Notes: generated by a model not told the origin, from the letters alone. Shown: positions 11,118 to 21,866, counted from the stretch's first letter. The stretch: DNA of 64,000 bases from Candidatus Sericytochromatia bacterium (GCA_036676495.1 JAKFCT010000067.1:1-64000); one strand, 5' to 3'. Numbers and translations are program-made.

Positions 11118-11833
11118 AGCGAGAATTCTTCTCCCAGGTAGAACTTGCGGGCGATCTCGGAGTTGGCGATATGCTGGGGATCTCCCGCCTCGACGATCCG
11201 GCCCTCCGAGAGGATGTAGGCGCGGTCGGTGATGGCAAGGGTATCGCGCACGTTATGGTCGGTGATCAGGACGCCCAGGTTGCGGTTCTTGAGCTGGCGG
11301 ATCATCTTCTGGATGTCGGAGATGGCCAGCGGGTCGATGCCGCTGAAGGGCTCGTCCAGCAAGAGGAAGCTGGGATTGGTGGCCATGGCGCGGGCGATCT
11401 CGACGCGGCGGCGCTCGCCGCCCGAGAGCTGAGAGCCCTTGGACTTGCGAATCTTGGTGATGTGGAACTCCTCGAGGAGCTCCTCGAGCCGCTCATGCTG
11501 CTCCTTCTTGGGGATGCCCAAGAGTTCCCAGACCGCCAGGAGATTCTCCTCGACCGACAATTTCCGGAAGACCGAAGGCTCCTGGGCCAGATACCCGATG
11601 CCCTTGCGGGCCCGCAGGTGCATGGGCAGGTGCGAGACGTCCTCCCCGTCCAGGGTGATCTGGCCGTCGTTGGGACGGACCAGGCCGACCACCATATAGA
11701 AGGTGGTGGTCTTTCCGGCGCCGTTGGGGCCAAGGAGACCGACGACCTCGCCGCGGTTGACCTGGATCGAGACGTCGTTGACGACCCGGCGGGTGCGGTA
11801 GGTTTTGATCAGGCTGGTGGTCTGGATCGACAT
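11114..11833 (-). CDS. lptB: LPS export ABC ATPase LptB
   Basis: [37 protein letters not shown] and C-terminal YLGEEF. Confidence 0.96.
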   Translation of the reverse strand: MSIQTTSLIKTYRTRRVVNDVSIQVNRGEVVGLLGPNGAGKTTTFYMVVGLVRPNDGQITLDGEDVSHLPMHLRARKGIGYLAQEPSVFRKLSVEENLLAVWELLGIPKKEQHERLEELLEEFHITKIRKSKGSQLSGGERRRVEIARAMATNPSFLLLDEPFSGIDPLAISDIQKMIRQLKNRNLGVLITDHNVRDTLAITDRAYILSEGRIVEAGDPQHIANSEIARKFYLGEEFSL

Positions 11834-11837
11834 GCGA

Positions 11838-12353
11838 TTACCTCGCGGACGGGGTGCTGGCCGGAGTAGCCGAGGCCGGGACCATGATCCGGGTCTTCGT
11901 GCCGCCCTCCGCCAAGAGCCGGCGGGTCGGGAGGTGGAAGGTCACCGTCTCCCCGGTGAAAACGTTGGGACCGCGCTTCGCGATGACGTCCCCGTTGAAG
12001 AGCACGCGCTCCACCTTGGATTCGTCGTCGGAGGCGAAGATCGTCGCCTGCTTGCAGGTGACGGTCAGGTCCTCCAGGGTGATCCGGACGTTCCCGGTGA
12101 CGGTGTAGGTATGCTTCTGCCCGTCGTACTCGGTCGTCCGCGCCTCGATCTCCATCGTGGAGCTCTTGGCAGCGGCCGAGTTCTTGGCCGCTGCGGGGCT
12201 CTTGGCCGCCGGGGCCGCCTTCTGAGGGGCCGCCGACGCGGCCGGGAAGGAGGCCATCCAGGCCGCCGCCAAGGCGAGGGGAAGGATCAGTGCAAACGCT
12301 TTTTTCATCAGGCTCCCTGGAGCATCTAACAAAACCCCCGGATCGTTGCTCAT
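11838..12353 (-). CDS. lptA: LptA/OstA family protein
   Basis: Signal peptide followed by a beta-jellyroll pattern (TGNVRIT, GDV..K.G); between lptC and lptB. Start may be ATG 12308. Confidence 0.8.
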   Translation of the reverse strand: MSNDPGVLLDAPGSLMKKAFALILPLALAAAWMASFPAASAAPQKAAPAAKSPAAAKNSAAAKSSTMEIEARTTEYDGQKHTYTVTGNVRITLEDLTVTCKQATIFASDDESKVERVLFNGDVIAKRGPNVFTGETVTFHLPTRRLLAEGGTKTRIMVPASATPASTPSAR

Positions 12354-12955
12354 GGCGCCACCCGCGGCGGCTCCGCGTCAGGTCGTGTCAGACGCTCCAA
12401 GTCTACCACGACCCGCGCTTTGACGGGGGAACCCACCCGCGCCTGCATCAGCGAGCGATTGGCCCGAAGCTCCGGGCCCTCGACGGTGCTGGGGCCCCGG
12501 CGGAACACGACGTCCCCCGTGGCATGCAGCTCCTGGGTTCCGGCCTGCCATTCCACTTCCCGCGCTTCCACCGAGGTGGTCGCCTGGGTGGAAGTGACCC
12601 GGATCCCGCCTAACATGCGGATGTTTCGGGCCTCCGTCTCGAGGACGGCCCGGGGTGAGCGGGCGATCGACACGACCCGGTCATGCTCCCAGAAGCGGAC
12701 CTCGAGATCCGAGAGTTCCGCGAGCTGGCGATCGCGGTCGTAGACCACGTTCTCGGCGAATAGCTCCCAGAGCTTCTGCCCGCCGTCGTACTCGACCAGC
12801 TCCACGGTTTCCAGCTGGACCGCGGGACGCGGCGGCGGGGGTTCCGGAAGGGGGCGCGGCTGCATAAGCTGAAAGAGGCCCCAGCCCCCGCCGATCATGA
12901 CGAGGCCTGCGGCCGCGACAAGAAAGGCGTTCCTGAGTCTCACCGGTACCGTCAT
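12350..12955 (-). CDS. lptC: LPS export periplasmic protein LptC
   Basis: N-terminal TM, KLWELFAE motif and position in the lpt operon. Confidence 0.8.
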   Translation of the reverse strand: MTVPVRLRNAFLVAAAGLVMIGGGWGLFQLMQPRPLPEPPPPRPAVQLETVELVEYDGGQKLWELFAENVVYDRDRQLAELSDLEVRFWEHDRVVSIARSPRAVLETEARNIRMLGGIRVTSTQATTSVEAREVEWQAGTQELHATGDVVFRRGPSTVEGPELRANRSLMQARVGSPVKARVVVDLERLTRPDAEPPRVAP

Positions 12956-13045
12956 GGCTCCTGGCAGTATAACACAGCCCTCCCGGCCATCCTCATGAGG
13001 GAAGACGACGGGAGGGCCTGGAAAGTTCCGGTGTGCGCCCCGGAT

Positions 13046-14275
13046 CTAGCCGTAGAAATGCGCGCTGCGGAGACGCTCCTTGAACTCGGCCTCCGGCAAG
13101 CGCTCGCGGTTGCCGTGGGGGTTGAGGAAGTAGACCTGGCCGTCCTTGATCCCTTCGACCACGACCTGGTGGCCGCCGTCCCCCCAGGCCAGTCCGACCG
13201 GGACCCGCTTGCCGGCGGCCGTGTCGTCCGCCATCCGCTTCATCACCGAATCGGCGTTCCAGCGGTGCACGATGACGCCCTTGTAGTTGCGATCGTGAAG
13301 CTCCGAGAGGACCTTGTTGGCGCCGAAAACGAAGAGCCCTTCGTAGAGTCCCTTGTCGAAGGCCATGTGCTTGTCCTCGAGGGCATCGTACGCCAGCAGG
13401 CCGTTCCCGAGCTCCATCAGGGCTCCCGAGAGCAGGTGGGTCGAAGCGGTGCGATTCCCCAGCGACTCCTCCCACTTGGACTCGCGCGTGATGGTGCTTC
13501 CGCCCGCCAGCTTGACCTTGCCCTCGGGAGCCGCGAGCCCCGAGACCAGCCTCACGAGCTCGGCCGGGTTGCGCAGCGCGAGATCCATCACCGAGCTGGT
13601 CGCCACGCAGGTGTTCTTGTCCTTCTGGTTGATGACGACCGGGTTCTCCACTTCCTGGATCAGGTCGGAGACCAGGCTTTCCCGCACGAGGCCCTTGGCC
13701 AGGGTTTGCTCGGAGAGGGCGGCGAGGTTCTGCAGCAGGGTGCCGCCTCCCACCATGGCCTTGTCGCCGGGCAAGCGACCGTCCAGGAGCATGGTCTGGA
13801 GGGCTTCCTTGGAGAGCGGATCGGCCTGGATCAGGGATTGAAGCTTCTTGTAGCGGATCTGATCCACCGCGGAGAGGGTGGTGAGGGTCGTCGCTTCCGC
13901 CTTGGAACGGGCGGAGATCCGGGCCTCGATGGTCGCGGTGGACTGGCGCTGGGTATTGGCGTCGTCGGGGTTCTCGTAGCGATCGCCGTAGTCGCCCCAG
14001 TCCTTCTTGTACTCCCCCCAGAGGGTCTCCTCGACCGCCTCGCGCCCCTTCTGGGCTCCGATGTTCACCAGATCCTTGCCGGCATCGACCGCGTCGTCGA
14101 CCGTCTTCTTGGTCGACTCCCAGGTATCGGCGAAGAAGTCCCGGCCGCGTTCCAAGAGGTTCTTGGGCTCGGCCTTTTGGGCGTCGGCCTTGGAGGCCTC
14201 GGCCGGCTTCGTCGAGGGGTCTTGCTGGCTGGAGCGACGGAAGGGGTTCAGCTTGGTGAGGTTCAGGTGGATCAT
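13046..14275 (-). CDS. Papain-fold (C39-like) cysteine peptidase domain protein
   Basis: INQKDKNTC (Q..C) and GGHQVVV...YFLNPHG (H, N); low-complexity N-terminus with no signal peptide. ATG 14275 chosen as start. Confidence 0.65.
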   Translation of the reverse strand: MIHLNLTKLNPFRRSSQQDPSTKPAEASKADAQKAEPKNLLERGRDFFADTWESTKKTVDDAVDAGKDLVNIGAQKGREAVEETLWGEYKKDWGDYGDRYENPDDANTQRQSTATIEARISARSKAEATTLTTLSAVDQIRYKKLQSLIQADPLSKEALQTMLLDGRLPGDKAMVGGGTLLQNLAALSEQTLAKGLVRESLVSDLIQEVENPVVINQKDKNTCVATSSVMDLALRNPAELVRLVSGLAAPEGKVKLAGGSTITRESKWEESLGNRTASTHLLSGALMELGNGLLAYDALEDKHMAFDKGLYEGLFVFGANKVLSELHDRNYKGVIVHRWNADSVMKRMADDTAAGKRVPVGLAWGDGGHQVVVEGIKDGQVYFLNPHGNRERLPEAEFKERLRSAHFYG

Positions 14276-14515
14276 GCGGCATCCCTTTCGACAGATCACG
14301 TTAGGTCTCTTATCCCCTGCTCGCCGTTCAAGCTTGCGATCGATTTCGGGCGTTCGTCGCACGTTCGGTCCGGAGGGGCTGTCCTCGACCTCTTGGCCGT
14401 CGCTCGGCGCCCATGACTTCAAGACGCGGGGACTCCGGGATGCTCTTAAACTAAAGTTGAGCTAATATAGGGAGACCATCCCGGGACGCTATCGTCTAAG
14501 AAAGAGGTATTCCAC

Positions 14516-15601
14516 GTGCCACAGACTGAAATTCGTACCGGCACCAGCTGGGTTGAAGAGATCCTCGGCCGCGAGCATGCCAAGAACTTGCTGGAGTTCG
14601 ACTCCCCCAAGATCGGCAAGGACATGCTCCACCTGCCCGGTCCTGACTTCCTCGACCGGATCTTCATTCCCTCTGACCGCCCCATCCCGGTCGTCAACAA
14701 CCTGCACCGCCTGTTCAACAACGGCCGTCTGGCAGGGACCGGCTACCTCTCGATCCTTCCGGTCGACCAGGGCATCGAGCATAGCGCCGGCGCCTCGTTC
14801 GCCAAGAACCCGATCTACTTCGACCCCGAGAACATCGTCAAGCTCGCCATCGAGGGCGGCTGCAACGCCGTCGCCTCGACCTACGGCGTGCTCGCCTCGG
14901 TGGCCCGCAAGTACGCGCACCGGATCCCGTTCGTGGTGAAGATCAACCACAACGAGTTCCTGAGCTACCCCAACTCCTACGATCAGGTGATGTTCGGCAC
15001 CATCAAGGAAGCCTACGACATGGGCGCGGCCGCCGTCGGCGCGACCATCTACTTCGGCTCCCCCGAGTCCCGCCGCCAGATCGTCGAGGTCGCCGAGGCC
15101 TTCGCCTACGCGCACGAGCTCGGCATGGCCACCATCCTCTGGTGCTACACCCGTAACTCGGGCTTCAAGACCGCCGACAAGGACTACCACACCGCCATGG
15201 ACCTCTCGAGCCAGGCGAACCACCTCGGCGTCACCATCAAGGCCGACATCATCAAGCAGAAGCTGCCTGAGGTCTTCGATTCGGGCTACAAGGCCCTCAA
15301 CTTCGGCAAGATCGACAACAAGGTCTTCACCGATCTCTCCAGCCCCCACCCGATCGACATGACCCGCTACATGCTGGCGAACTGCTACATGGGCCGCGCG
15401 GGCCTGATCAACTCGGGCGGCGCCTCGGCCGGCGAAACCGACCTCCAGGAAGCCGTCGCCACCGCCGTCATCAACAAGCGCGCGGGCGGCACCGGCCTCA
15501 TCCTCGGCCGCCGGGCGTTCCAGCGCCCCTTCGAGGAGGGCGTCAAGCTCCTGAACGCCGTCCAGGACATCTACCTGAACAAGGACATCACGATCGCCTA
15601 G
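14516..15601 (+). CDS. fbaB: Class I fructose-bisphosphate aldolase
   Basis: [33 protein letters not shown] and AVINKRAGG. Confidence 0.96.
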   Translation: MPQTEIRTGTSWVEEILGREHAKNLLEFDSPKIGKDMLHLPGPDFLDRIFIPSDRPIPVVNNLHRLFNNGRLAGTGYLSILPVDQGIEHSAGASFAKNPIYFDPENIVKLAIEGGCNAVASTYGVLASVARKYAHRIPFVVKINHNEFLSYPNSYDQVMFGTIKEAYDMGAAAVGATIYFGSPESRRQIVEVAEAFAYAHELGMATILWCYTRNSGFKTADKDYHTAMDLSSQANHLGVTIKADIIKQKLPEVFDSGYKALNFGKIDNKVFTDLSSPHPIDMTRYMLANCYMGRAGLINSGGASAGETDLQEAVATAVINKRAGGTGLILGRRAFQRPFEEGVKLLNAVQDIYLNKDITIA

Positions 15602-15627
15602 CATGGGCCGCAGGCCCGCTCCTCGTC

Positions 15628-15868
15628 TTGTCCCCCCTCGCTCACGCGAAGCGTAACTGCGCCCGCAGGCGCAATGGGGGGACGGGGCGAAGCCCCAGGG
15701 GGGTGTTAGCCGGCGAAGCCAAGGCGTTCCTTAGCACCACGAAAGGGCCTTCCCAGATCGGGAGGGCTCTTTCTTTGGTATCATGAGGGTTTTCACCCCT
15801 TCATAAGGAACCTGGGATCAGTGACACCCCCCTCGGCTTCGCCGGTCCCCCCGTCGAAGGGGGGACAA
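15628..15868. repeat. Pair of inverted REP-like palindromic elements flanking the fbaB terminator
   Basis: acacccccct-(g/c)ggcttcgcc-..tcccccc...ggggggacaa on minus (15628-15706) and plus (15824-15868). Terminator gaaagggccttccc..gggagggctctttc at 15741-15776. Confidence 0.6.
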
Positions 15869-15885
15869 CTAGAGGAAGATTGCAC

Positions 15886-16647
15886 GTGAAACTCGTTACC
15901 TGGAACGTCAACGGCCTTCGCGCATGCGAACAGAAGGGCTTCTCGGAGTGGGTCGGAGGCTTCAAGCCCGACGTCCTCTGCATGCAAGAGATCAAGGCCG
16001 AGCCCGAGCAGCTCGTGCCCGCCCTTCGCGAACCTGCCGGCTACCTGCCTACCTGGCATCCCGCCGAGAAGAAGGGCTACTCGGGCGTCGCCACCTGGTC
16101 GAATCGCCCCGGAACCGTCCAGGTCGGCATGGGCCTTCCCGAGTACGACCGCGAAGGCCGGGCCATCTTCCACACGTTCGACGACTTCACCCTCGTGAAC
16201 GTCTACTTCCCCAACGGCCAGCGCGACCTCGGCCGCGTGCCGTTCAAGCTCGCCTTCTACGACGCCCTTCTCACTCAGCTGCTCGAGCGCCGGGCCGCCG
16301 GAGAGAACCTGATCGTCTGCGGGGACTGGAACACCTCTCACCAGCCCATCGACCTCGCCAACCCCGGCCCCAACTCCAAGTGCACCGGCTTCCTGCCCGA
16401 GGAGCGCGCCGAGATCGACCGCTGGCTCGCTGCCGGCTTCCGGGACGTCTTCCGGGAACGCCACCCCGGCGAGAAGGGCCATTACACCTGGTGGAGCTAC
16501 CGCCCCGGCGTTCGCGAGAAGAACATCGGCTGGCGTCTCGACTACTTCCTCATCAGCGACGGCTTCGCCGATCGGGTCAAGGACGTCTACCACCTGCCCC
16601 AGGTCATGGGCTCCGATCACTGCCCCGTGGTCCTGGAACTGAAATAA
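15886..16647 (+). CDS. xth: Exodeoxyribonuclease III
   Basis: TWNVNGLRA, QEIK, GYSGVA, GDWN, YTWWSYR, GWRLDY and GSDHCP. Confidence 0.96.
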   Translation: MKLVTWNVNGLRACEQKGFSEWVGGFKPDVLCMQEIKAEPEQLVPALREPAGYLPTWHPAEKKGYSGVATWSNRPGTVQVGMGLPEYDREGRAIFHTFDDFTLVNVYFPNGQRDLGRVPFKLAFYDALLTQLLERRAAGENLIVCGDWNTSHQPIDLANPGPNSKCTGFLPEERAEIDRWLAAGFRDVFRERHPGEKGHYTWWSYRPGVREKNIGWRLDYFLISDGFADRVKDVYHLPQVMGSDHCPVVLELK

Positions 16648-16681
16648 GCTTGGGGCCCGGGTGACCGGGCCCCTCGTCGCA

Positions 16682-17137
16682 TCAGCGGGACGTCGTGACT
16701 CCCTTCTGAAGCTCCTTGAACCGCTCCTGGACCTTCATCCCGAGATCGTTGAGCTTGTCCACGCCCCAGTTCTCGCGCAACTCCATGAAGAGCGTCCCCT
16801 CCTCCTCACGGATATGATGCTCGACCATCTCTTGAAGCACGCTGAGCTTGGCCACGTAGCGCTCGTTGCTCGGCTGGGTCTTCTCGATCTCCTCGAGGAG
16901 GATCTTCACCATGTGATGCTCTTCGAAGGCCTCGAGCACCGTTTCGCTGTCCACGTCCTTGGCCGGAGGATAGACGAGCTCCTCTTCCACCTGGGTGTGA
17001 CACCGCAACGTCTGGGTGATTTGCTCGACGATTTCGCTGCGCCGCTTGAACTCCCCGTCTCCCAGGGATTCGCATTCCTTGAACCACTGCTTGACCTGGT
17101 CATGCTGCTGGGTCAGGAACTTGGTCGCATCCATCAC
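16682..17137 (-). CDS. Hemerythrin/HHE cation-binding domain protein
   Basis: QQH, H..VEEELVYP, EEH and HHIREEE. Confidence 0.9.
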   Translation of the reverse strand: MMDATKFLTQQHDQVKQWFKECESLGDGEFKRRSEIVEQITQTLRCHTQVEEELVYPPAKDVDSETVLEAFEEHHMVKILLEEIEKTQPSNERYVAKLSVLQEMVEHHIREEEGTLFMELRENWGVDKLNDLGMKVQERFKELQKGVTTSR

Positions 17138-17241
17138 TCGCTCCTTTCGGTCGTCCCCGCGTAACGTGTCGCAACCTTAACACAGGATCCCGAACCTCCC
17201 CTCCCCCGGAAAGTTCGGCGAGACGCGGATCGTGGCTAGGG

Positions 17242-18612
17242 TTAGCGGACCGTGACGGTGCCAGTTTCCTGAGGATGCAAGCGACAGTGATACCGGAAGG
17301 TGCCGGGTTTCTCGAAACGCCGGGTGAACTGCGTCCCCGCCGCGATCGGACCCGACTCCCAGCCCGCGCCGACCCAGGCATGCGCCGTCGCGTCCCGGTT
17401 GAACCAGGTCACGCTCGACCCGCGCGGGAGACGGACCTGCCCAGGGCTCGGCTGGCCGTCTCGGATCATCACGATCCAGAGTTCGCTCGATTGGCTGCGC
17501 TCCGGTACCGCCGCAGGCTTGGCGGGAGACGGTTTCCTGACGGGCGCCTTCGCGGGAGCTTGATTCGCAGGCTTGGAGGTTGGCTTCGGCTTGGCCGTCG
17601 CCTTGGGCAACGGCTTCGCCGTCTCCGCGGGACGAGGTGCCCGGGAGGGTTCGAAAGAGGTAGGAAGGGGGGTCGGCGCGGCTACGGGAGGGGCCTTCGG
17701 CGCCGCAGGCTCGGCCTTCGGAGTCATGCGCGGCGGCGGACTCGCGGGCGCGGCGGCTTCCGGAGCCTGCGCGATCCGGACGGGCGTCGCCGGCAACGAC
17801 CTCGCCTCCGGGGCCGCCTTCAGGTCGGTCTGCGGCTTCACGAGCGAAGCAGGCGGCGTAGAGCCCCCCGCCCGGCCTTGCTGCCAGCCCGGAAAAACCA
17901 TGGCCATATCGACGCCGACCCGCAGGTCGGACGTGCCCAGGGAAGCCCCCTGGCGGCTCGAGGAGGGCGTGTTCGCGACATGCAGGGTCAAGGCGTAGGG
18001 GCTCGCCGGAAGCTGAAACTGGACGCCCGCCCCCCATGCCGGAAGCGCGCTCGCGTCGTTCACGACCTTGAAGACGTCCCCCACGAGGGCCAGCTGAGGG
18101 AAGATCCCCAGGCGCGCTCCCGCCCCGAAGCCCCCCAGGGGCATGCGGGCCCCATCGGCGTTTCCGAGCAGGCGCGCCGTACCCAGGAGGGTCAGGGGAC
18201 CGAGATCCCGACTCAACGCCAGCTCCCCGTCGATGCTATAAGCCCCCGTGTTCACCGCCCCCAGAAGGGAAGCCGACACGGGGGCTCCGCGTTCCTCGGA
18301 GAGCAAGCGCTGCTTGAGCGAGAACTCGATTTCGTGAGGGTTCCCGAGGTAAGCCCCGGAGCTGGAATAGCTCAAGCCCAGCCCTCCGCCCGACCAGGCG
18401 CCGACCCGCAGGCCCAGCGTCGGAATTCCGGTGGGTGCTTGAAGAGGGAGGAAGCGGCTTCCCAGCGAGAGCTCCGACACTCCGGGAGCCGGAATCCCTG
18501 CCCCCTCCTGACCGACTCCCCCGTGTCCCAGCCCCTGGGCCGCCACGCCTTGGGAAGAGGCCAGCACAAGGCTCAGGGTCAGCAACAACAAACGGGGCGA
18601 TCGGGCGCGCAC
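17242..18612 (-). CDS. Exported protein: beta-strand-rich domain, Pro-rich linker, C-terminal cupredoxin
   Basis: Signal peptide; C-terminal VTWFNRDATAH...FEKPGTFRYHCRLHP. GTG 18612 after AAGGAG. Confidence 0.75.
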   Translation of the reverse strand: MRARSPRLLLLTLSLVLASSQGVAAQGLGHGGVGQEGAGIPAPGVSELSLGSRFLPLQAPTGIPTLGLRVGAWSGGGLGLSYSSSGAYLGNPHEIEFSLKQRLLSEERGAPVSASLLGAVNTGAYSIDGELALSRDLGPLTLLGTARLLGNADGARMPLGGFGAGARLGIFPQLALVGDVFKVVNDASALPAWGAGVQFQLPASPYALTLHVANTPSSSRQGASLGTSDLRVGVDMAMVFPGWQQGRAGGSTPPASLVKPQTDLKAAPEARSLPATPVRIAQAPEAAAPASPPPRMTPKAEPAAPKAPPVAAPTPLPTSFEPSRAPRPAETAKPLPKATAKPKPTSKPANQAPAKAPVRKPSPAKPAAVPERSQSSELWIVMIRDGQPSPGQVRLPRGSSVTWFNRDATAHAWVGAGWESGPIAAGTQFTRRFEKPGTFRYHCRLHPQETGTVTVR

Positions 18613-18730
18613 GGGAACTCCTTCGGTCAGGGGGCTCAAATCCCGTTTTAATGGAAAATCAATGCCGGAGTATTGCTGCCCCATTAAGCTGAAAGCAACA
18701 GCTGAACGGCGTTTCGAGGGAGGGGCCGCA

Positions 18731-18970
18731 TTGAGAGCCTTACAAATGCTTAGCATCCTGTTGATGTTGGGGGTCACGGCCTGCAGCTTCGCGCCGAGCC
18801 TTCCGACGGGGCCGTTCATGCCCGGGGACGCCCCCCCGCAGGCTGAGGGGCCACTCCCTGCTCCTCCCGTGGTGGGTGCTCCGGCGCCCGCTCCCTCCGT
18901 GGAGCCGAGCCCGGAGCCGTCGACGCCTCCGGGCAAGGGAGACCGCCCCAAGCCGGGGCGCGACCGTTAA
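18731..18970 (+). CDS. Small Pro-rich lipoprotein
   Basis: Lipobox VTAC after a hydrophobic stretch; RBS GAGGGAGG. Confidence 0.5.
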   Translation: MRALQMLSILLMLGVTACSFAPSLPTGPFMPGDAPPQAEGPLPAPPVVGAPAPAPSVEPSPEPSTPPGKGDRPKPGRDR

Positions 18971-19045
18971 CACCCGCGGCCATCCGGGCCATTCGAAAAG
19001 AGAGCCCCCCTTCTCCGCGTGTCGACGGAGAAGGGGGGCTCTGGC

Positions 19046-19723
19046 CTAGCCGCGCTCCCTGGTTGGGGCGGGCACACTCATCCGAAGTCGGTCGCCGTGA
19101 ATTCCGAGGAGGCTCTGAGGCCGTAGTCCCGCGAAGGGAGCCTCGGGAGGAATCTCCATGTGAAAACTCATCACCTGGGCTCGCGCGGTGAGAGACGCCT
19201 TCCACTGGGCGGGGCGCCCGTCGACCAGGCTGATCACCGGCAAGTCGTAGGAAGCCGGAACGGCGAACCAGCGCGGGGCGGCCCAGAAGTCCAGGATCAG
19301 CTTTCCGTGCTGGGAGACCTGCAGCAGCGTGCTGTTCGGTCCCCGGGGCTCGGCCTGGGTCTCCCAGTCGAAGGTGGCGAGCTCCTTGGGCAGGCCCCAG
19401 AGGGAGCGGCCGCCCTGAAGCGACGTTTCATCATCCACGTAGATGTGCGAGACCCAGCCGCCGGTCTTTCCGCCCGAGCGGACGAGGGCCGGGACCACCA
19501 GCAGCTCCGAGTACGTGAGGACGGAGCCTTCGGTGTAGCGGGCGGCGGCGATCGCCCCGAGGGTCATGCCGGGAAGAACGGGCACGATCTCGAGGTCGGC
19601 GGGGACGACGGCGCGGGCGCGGGCGATCGGCATGAGGCCGCCGACGGCGAAGAACTCTCCCTGAAGCTGCCAGGGGGCGGGGGGAAAGCTGGAAGCGGGG
19701 AACTCAGACTCGGACGCAGCCAT
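19046..19723 (-). CDS. Acetoacetate decarboxylase family protein
   Basis: PPAPWQL, LTYSEL, IYVDD and GRSLWGLPKELA (catalytic Lys motif). Confidence 0.85.
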   Translation of the reverse strand: MAASESEFPASSFPPAPWQLQGEFFAVGGLMPIARARAVVPADLEIVPVLPGMTLGAIAAARYTEGSVLTYSELLVVPALVRSGGKTGGWVSHIYVDDETSLQGGRSLWGLPKELATFDWETQAEPRGPNSTLLQVSQHGKLILDFWAAPRWFAVPASYDLPVISLVDGRPAQWKASLTARAQVMSFHMEIPPEAPFAGLRPQSLLGIHGDRLRMSVPAPTRERG

Positions 19724-20381
19724 CGACCACCTCGATGATCCGGTCGGCGTGGCGGGCCAGCTCCGGGTTATGGGTGACCAGCACGATGGTCTGGCCCGTG
19801 GTTTGGTTGTAGCGGCGGAGCAGCTGGTAGATGGTTTCCCCGGTGCGGGTGTCGAGGTTGCCGGTGGGCTCGTCCCCGAGCAGGAGGGCCGGGCGGTTGG
19901 AGAGGGCGCGGGCGATCGCGACCCGTTGCTGTTCGCCGCCGGAGAGTTCGTTGGGGCGGTGGTCGAGCCGGTGACCGAGTTCCACATCCTCCAGCAGCTC
20001 CTTGGCGCGCGCCTCGGCTTCGGCACGGGGGGTGCCGGCGACGAGCTGGGGGACGAGGACGTTCTGGAGGGCGGTGAGCTCGGGCATCAGGAAGTGGAAC
20101 TGGAAGATGAAGCCGATGGAGCGGGAGCGAATCCGGGCGAGTTCGCGGTCACGCATCGGGGGGGTCGATTGACCCATGATCCGGATATCGCCGGAGCTGG
20201 GGCGATCCAGCCCCCCGAGAAGATAGAGCAGGCTGCTCTTGCCCGAGCCGCTGGGCCCCGTGATGGCAACGAATTCCCCCTGGTGGATGGCGAGGTCGAT
20301 CCCGTGGAGGGCTTCGACCCGCTGCCGGTCCTTGGCAAAGGCCTTGGTGACGCCTTGCGCTTCCAGGACGACGGCGCCCAT
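19704..20381 (-). CDS. LolD/MacB-like ABC transporter ATP-binding protein
   Basis: [33 protein letters not shown] and DEPTGNLD. Confidence 0.9.
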   Translation of the reverse strand: MGAVVLEAQGVTKAFAKDRQRVEALHGIDLAIHQGEFVAITGPSGSGKSSLLYLLGGLDRPSSGDIRIMGQSTPPMRDRELARIRSRSIGFIFQFHFLMPELTALQNVLVPQLVAGTPRAEAEARAKELLEDVELGHRLDHRPNELSGGEQQRVAIARALSNRPALLLGDEPTGNLDTRTGETIYQLLRRYNQTTGQTIVLVTHNPELARHADRIIEVVDGCVRV

Positions 20382-21605
20382 CTACTTGCCGTAGTCCTTG
20401 CCGACGACGACCGTGTAGTCCACCGAGTAGGGGGTGATGTCGTCACTGAGCTGCCACGGGGCGTCCGGGAGGAGGTTGCGGAGTTCGTTCGGCTGGTGCG
20501 GGTCGCCGTTCCGTCCGATCACCTTGGTGCCCTGGGTTTCGTTATCCAGGGGCTCGGTGCGGATGACCTGCATGCCGCGGTCGGTGAGGGTGGAGGCGAG
20601 CTTGACGGCGGCGTCCGACTGGGTGGAGGCGTAGAGCAATTCGACGGTGCGTTGCTTGTCGTCCTTGCGGGACTTCTCGCTGAGGTTGGCGACGAGTTCG
20701 TCGAGGCGGCCGCGATCGGCGACCCAGTAGCCGTTGTAGCCGAAGGTGCCGGGGAGAGTGGTGAAGGTGACGCCGGGCTTCTCCTTGGCGAAGTTCGCGA
20801 GGGATGCGAGCTTGGCGGCGGGCATGTCGGTCTGGAAGAGCTTGGCGCTGGCCTCGGCGAGGCGGGGCAGGCGCCACCAGACGGCGGGGGTCATGAGCTT
20901 GCGTTCGACGGCGTTGAGCAGGCGTTGCTGGCGGGAGACGCGGCCGATGTCGCCCATGGCGTCGTGGCGGAAGCGGGCGTAGCCGACGGCGGTTTTGCCG
21001 TCGAGGTGCTGCATGCCTTGCGGCAAGTCGATGAAGAGGCCTGCGGTGCGGTCGGTATACTTCATCTTCTGTTCGACGTAGAGGTCGACTCCGCCGAGTT
21101 CGTCGAGGAAGGAGATGGCTCCCGAGAGGCTGACGCTGACGGTGTGGTGGATGGGGATGCCGGTGACGGCCTCGACGGTGGCCTTGGTGCGCTCGATGCC
21201 GCCGATGGCGTGGGCGGCATTGATCTTCTCGGTGCCGTAACCCGGGATGAGAACCTGGGTGTCGCGGGGGATCGAGAGGACGTGGATGGCCTTCTTGCGG
21301 GGCTGGATGGTGGCGACCAGGATGGTGTCGGTGCGGACCCGGCGGTTCTTCTGGGTGAGGCGGTGGCCTTCGGGGTCGTAGGAGTCGTCGACGCCGACGA
21401 TCAGGACGTTCTCGGTCTTGGAGAGGCCACCAGGACCGCCCAGCCAGCCGAAGAGGCGGTCAGGAGGCAGTAGCCAGCGAGCGAGGCTGCCGACGCCCAT
21501 GCCCGCGAAGAGCATGACGATGCAGACGACGGCGAGCAGCGTGAGGCGCCGGCGGGCGAATCGGCGGCGTTGCGCCGAGGAACGAGGAACGACCTTGGTG
21601 ACCAT
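20382..21605 (-). CDS. LCP (LytR-CpsA-Psr) family protein
   Basis: RTDTI, LSIPRDT, KINAAH and YARFRH...GDIGRVSRQQ; C-terminal LytR_C-like VVVGKDY. Confidence 0.92.
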   Translation of the reverse strand: MVTKVVPRSSAQRRRFARRRLTLLAVVCIVMLFAGMGVGSLARWLLPPDRLFGWLGGPGGLSKTENVLIVGVDDSYDPEGHRLTQKNRRVRTDTILVATIQPRKKAIHVLSIPRDTQVLIPGYGTEKINAAHAIGGIERTKATVEAVTGIPIHHTVSVSLSGAISFLDELGGVDLYVEQKMKYTDRTAGLFIDLPQGMQHLDGKTAVGYARFRHDAMGDIGRVSRQQRLLNAVERKLMTPAVWWRLPRLAEASAKLFQTDMPAAKLASLANFAKEKPGVTFTTLPGTFGYNGYWVADRGRLDELVANLSEKSRKDDKQRTVELLYASTQSDAAVKLASTLTDRGMQVIRTEPLDNETQGTKVIGRNGDPHQPNELRNLLPDAPWQLSDDITPYSVDYTVVVGKDYGK

Positions 21606-21721
21606 TCGAGGATGCGAGCCTTCCATTCAGTGGGGGTTTATCGACGATTGTAGCATCAATCGGGATCTCCTGCCTGCCGCAAAGCGGCATGACCAGCGGT
21701 TAAAAGATCCAAAATGAACGC

Positions 21722-21750
21722 TTGACAAGCGCCAAGGCACCCGGTATCAT
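21722..21750 (+). promoter_or_regulatory. sigma70-type promoter of tRNA-Asn
   Basis: TTGACA-17 bp-TATCAT. Confidence 0.8.
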
Positions 21751-21793
21751 TCAAAACTGTTGTCGCGCTTAACCGCAAGACAACGACCGATAT

Positions 21794-21866
21794 TCCGCGT
21801 TAGCTCAGTCGGTAGAGCGGGTGACTGTTAATCACTAGGTCGCTGGTTCGAGTCCAGCACGCGGAG
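21794..21866 (+). tRNA. tRNA-Asn(GTT)
   Basis: Acceptor TCCGCGT/ACGCGGA, D arm GCTCAGTCGGTAGAGC, anticodon loop CTGTTAA, T loop GTTCGAGTC. CCA not encoded. Confidence 0.97.
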
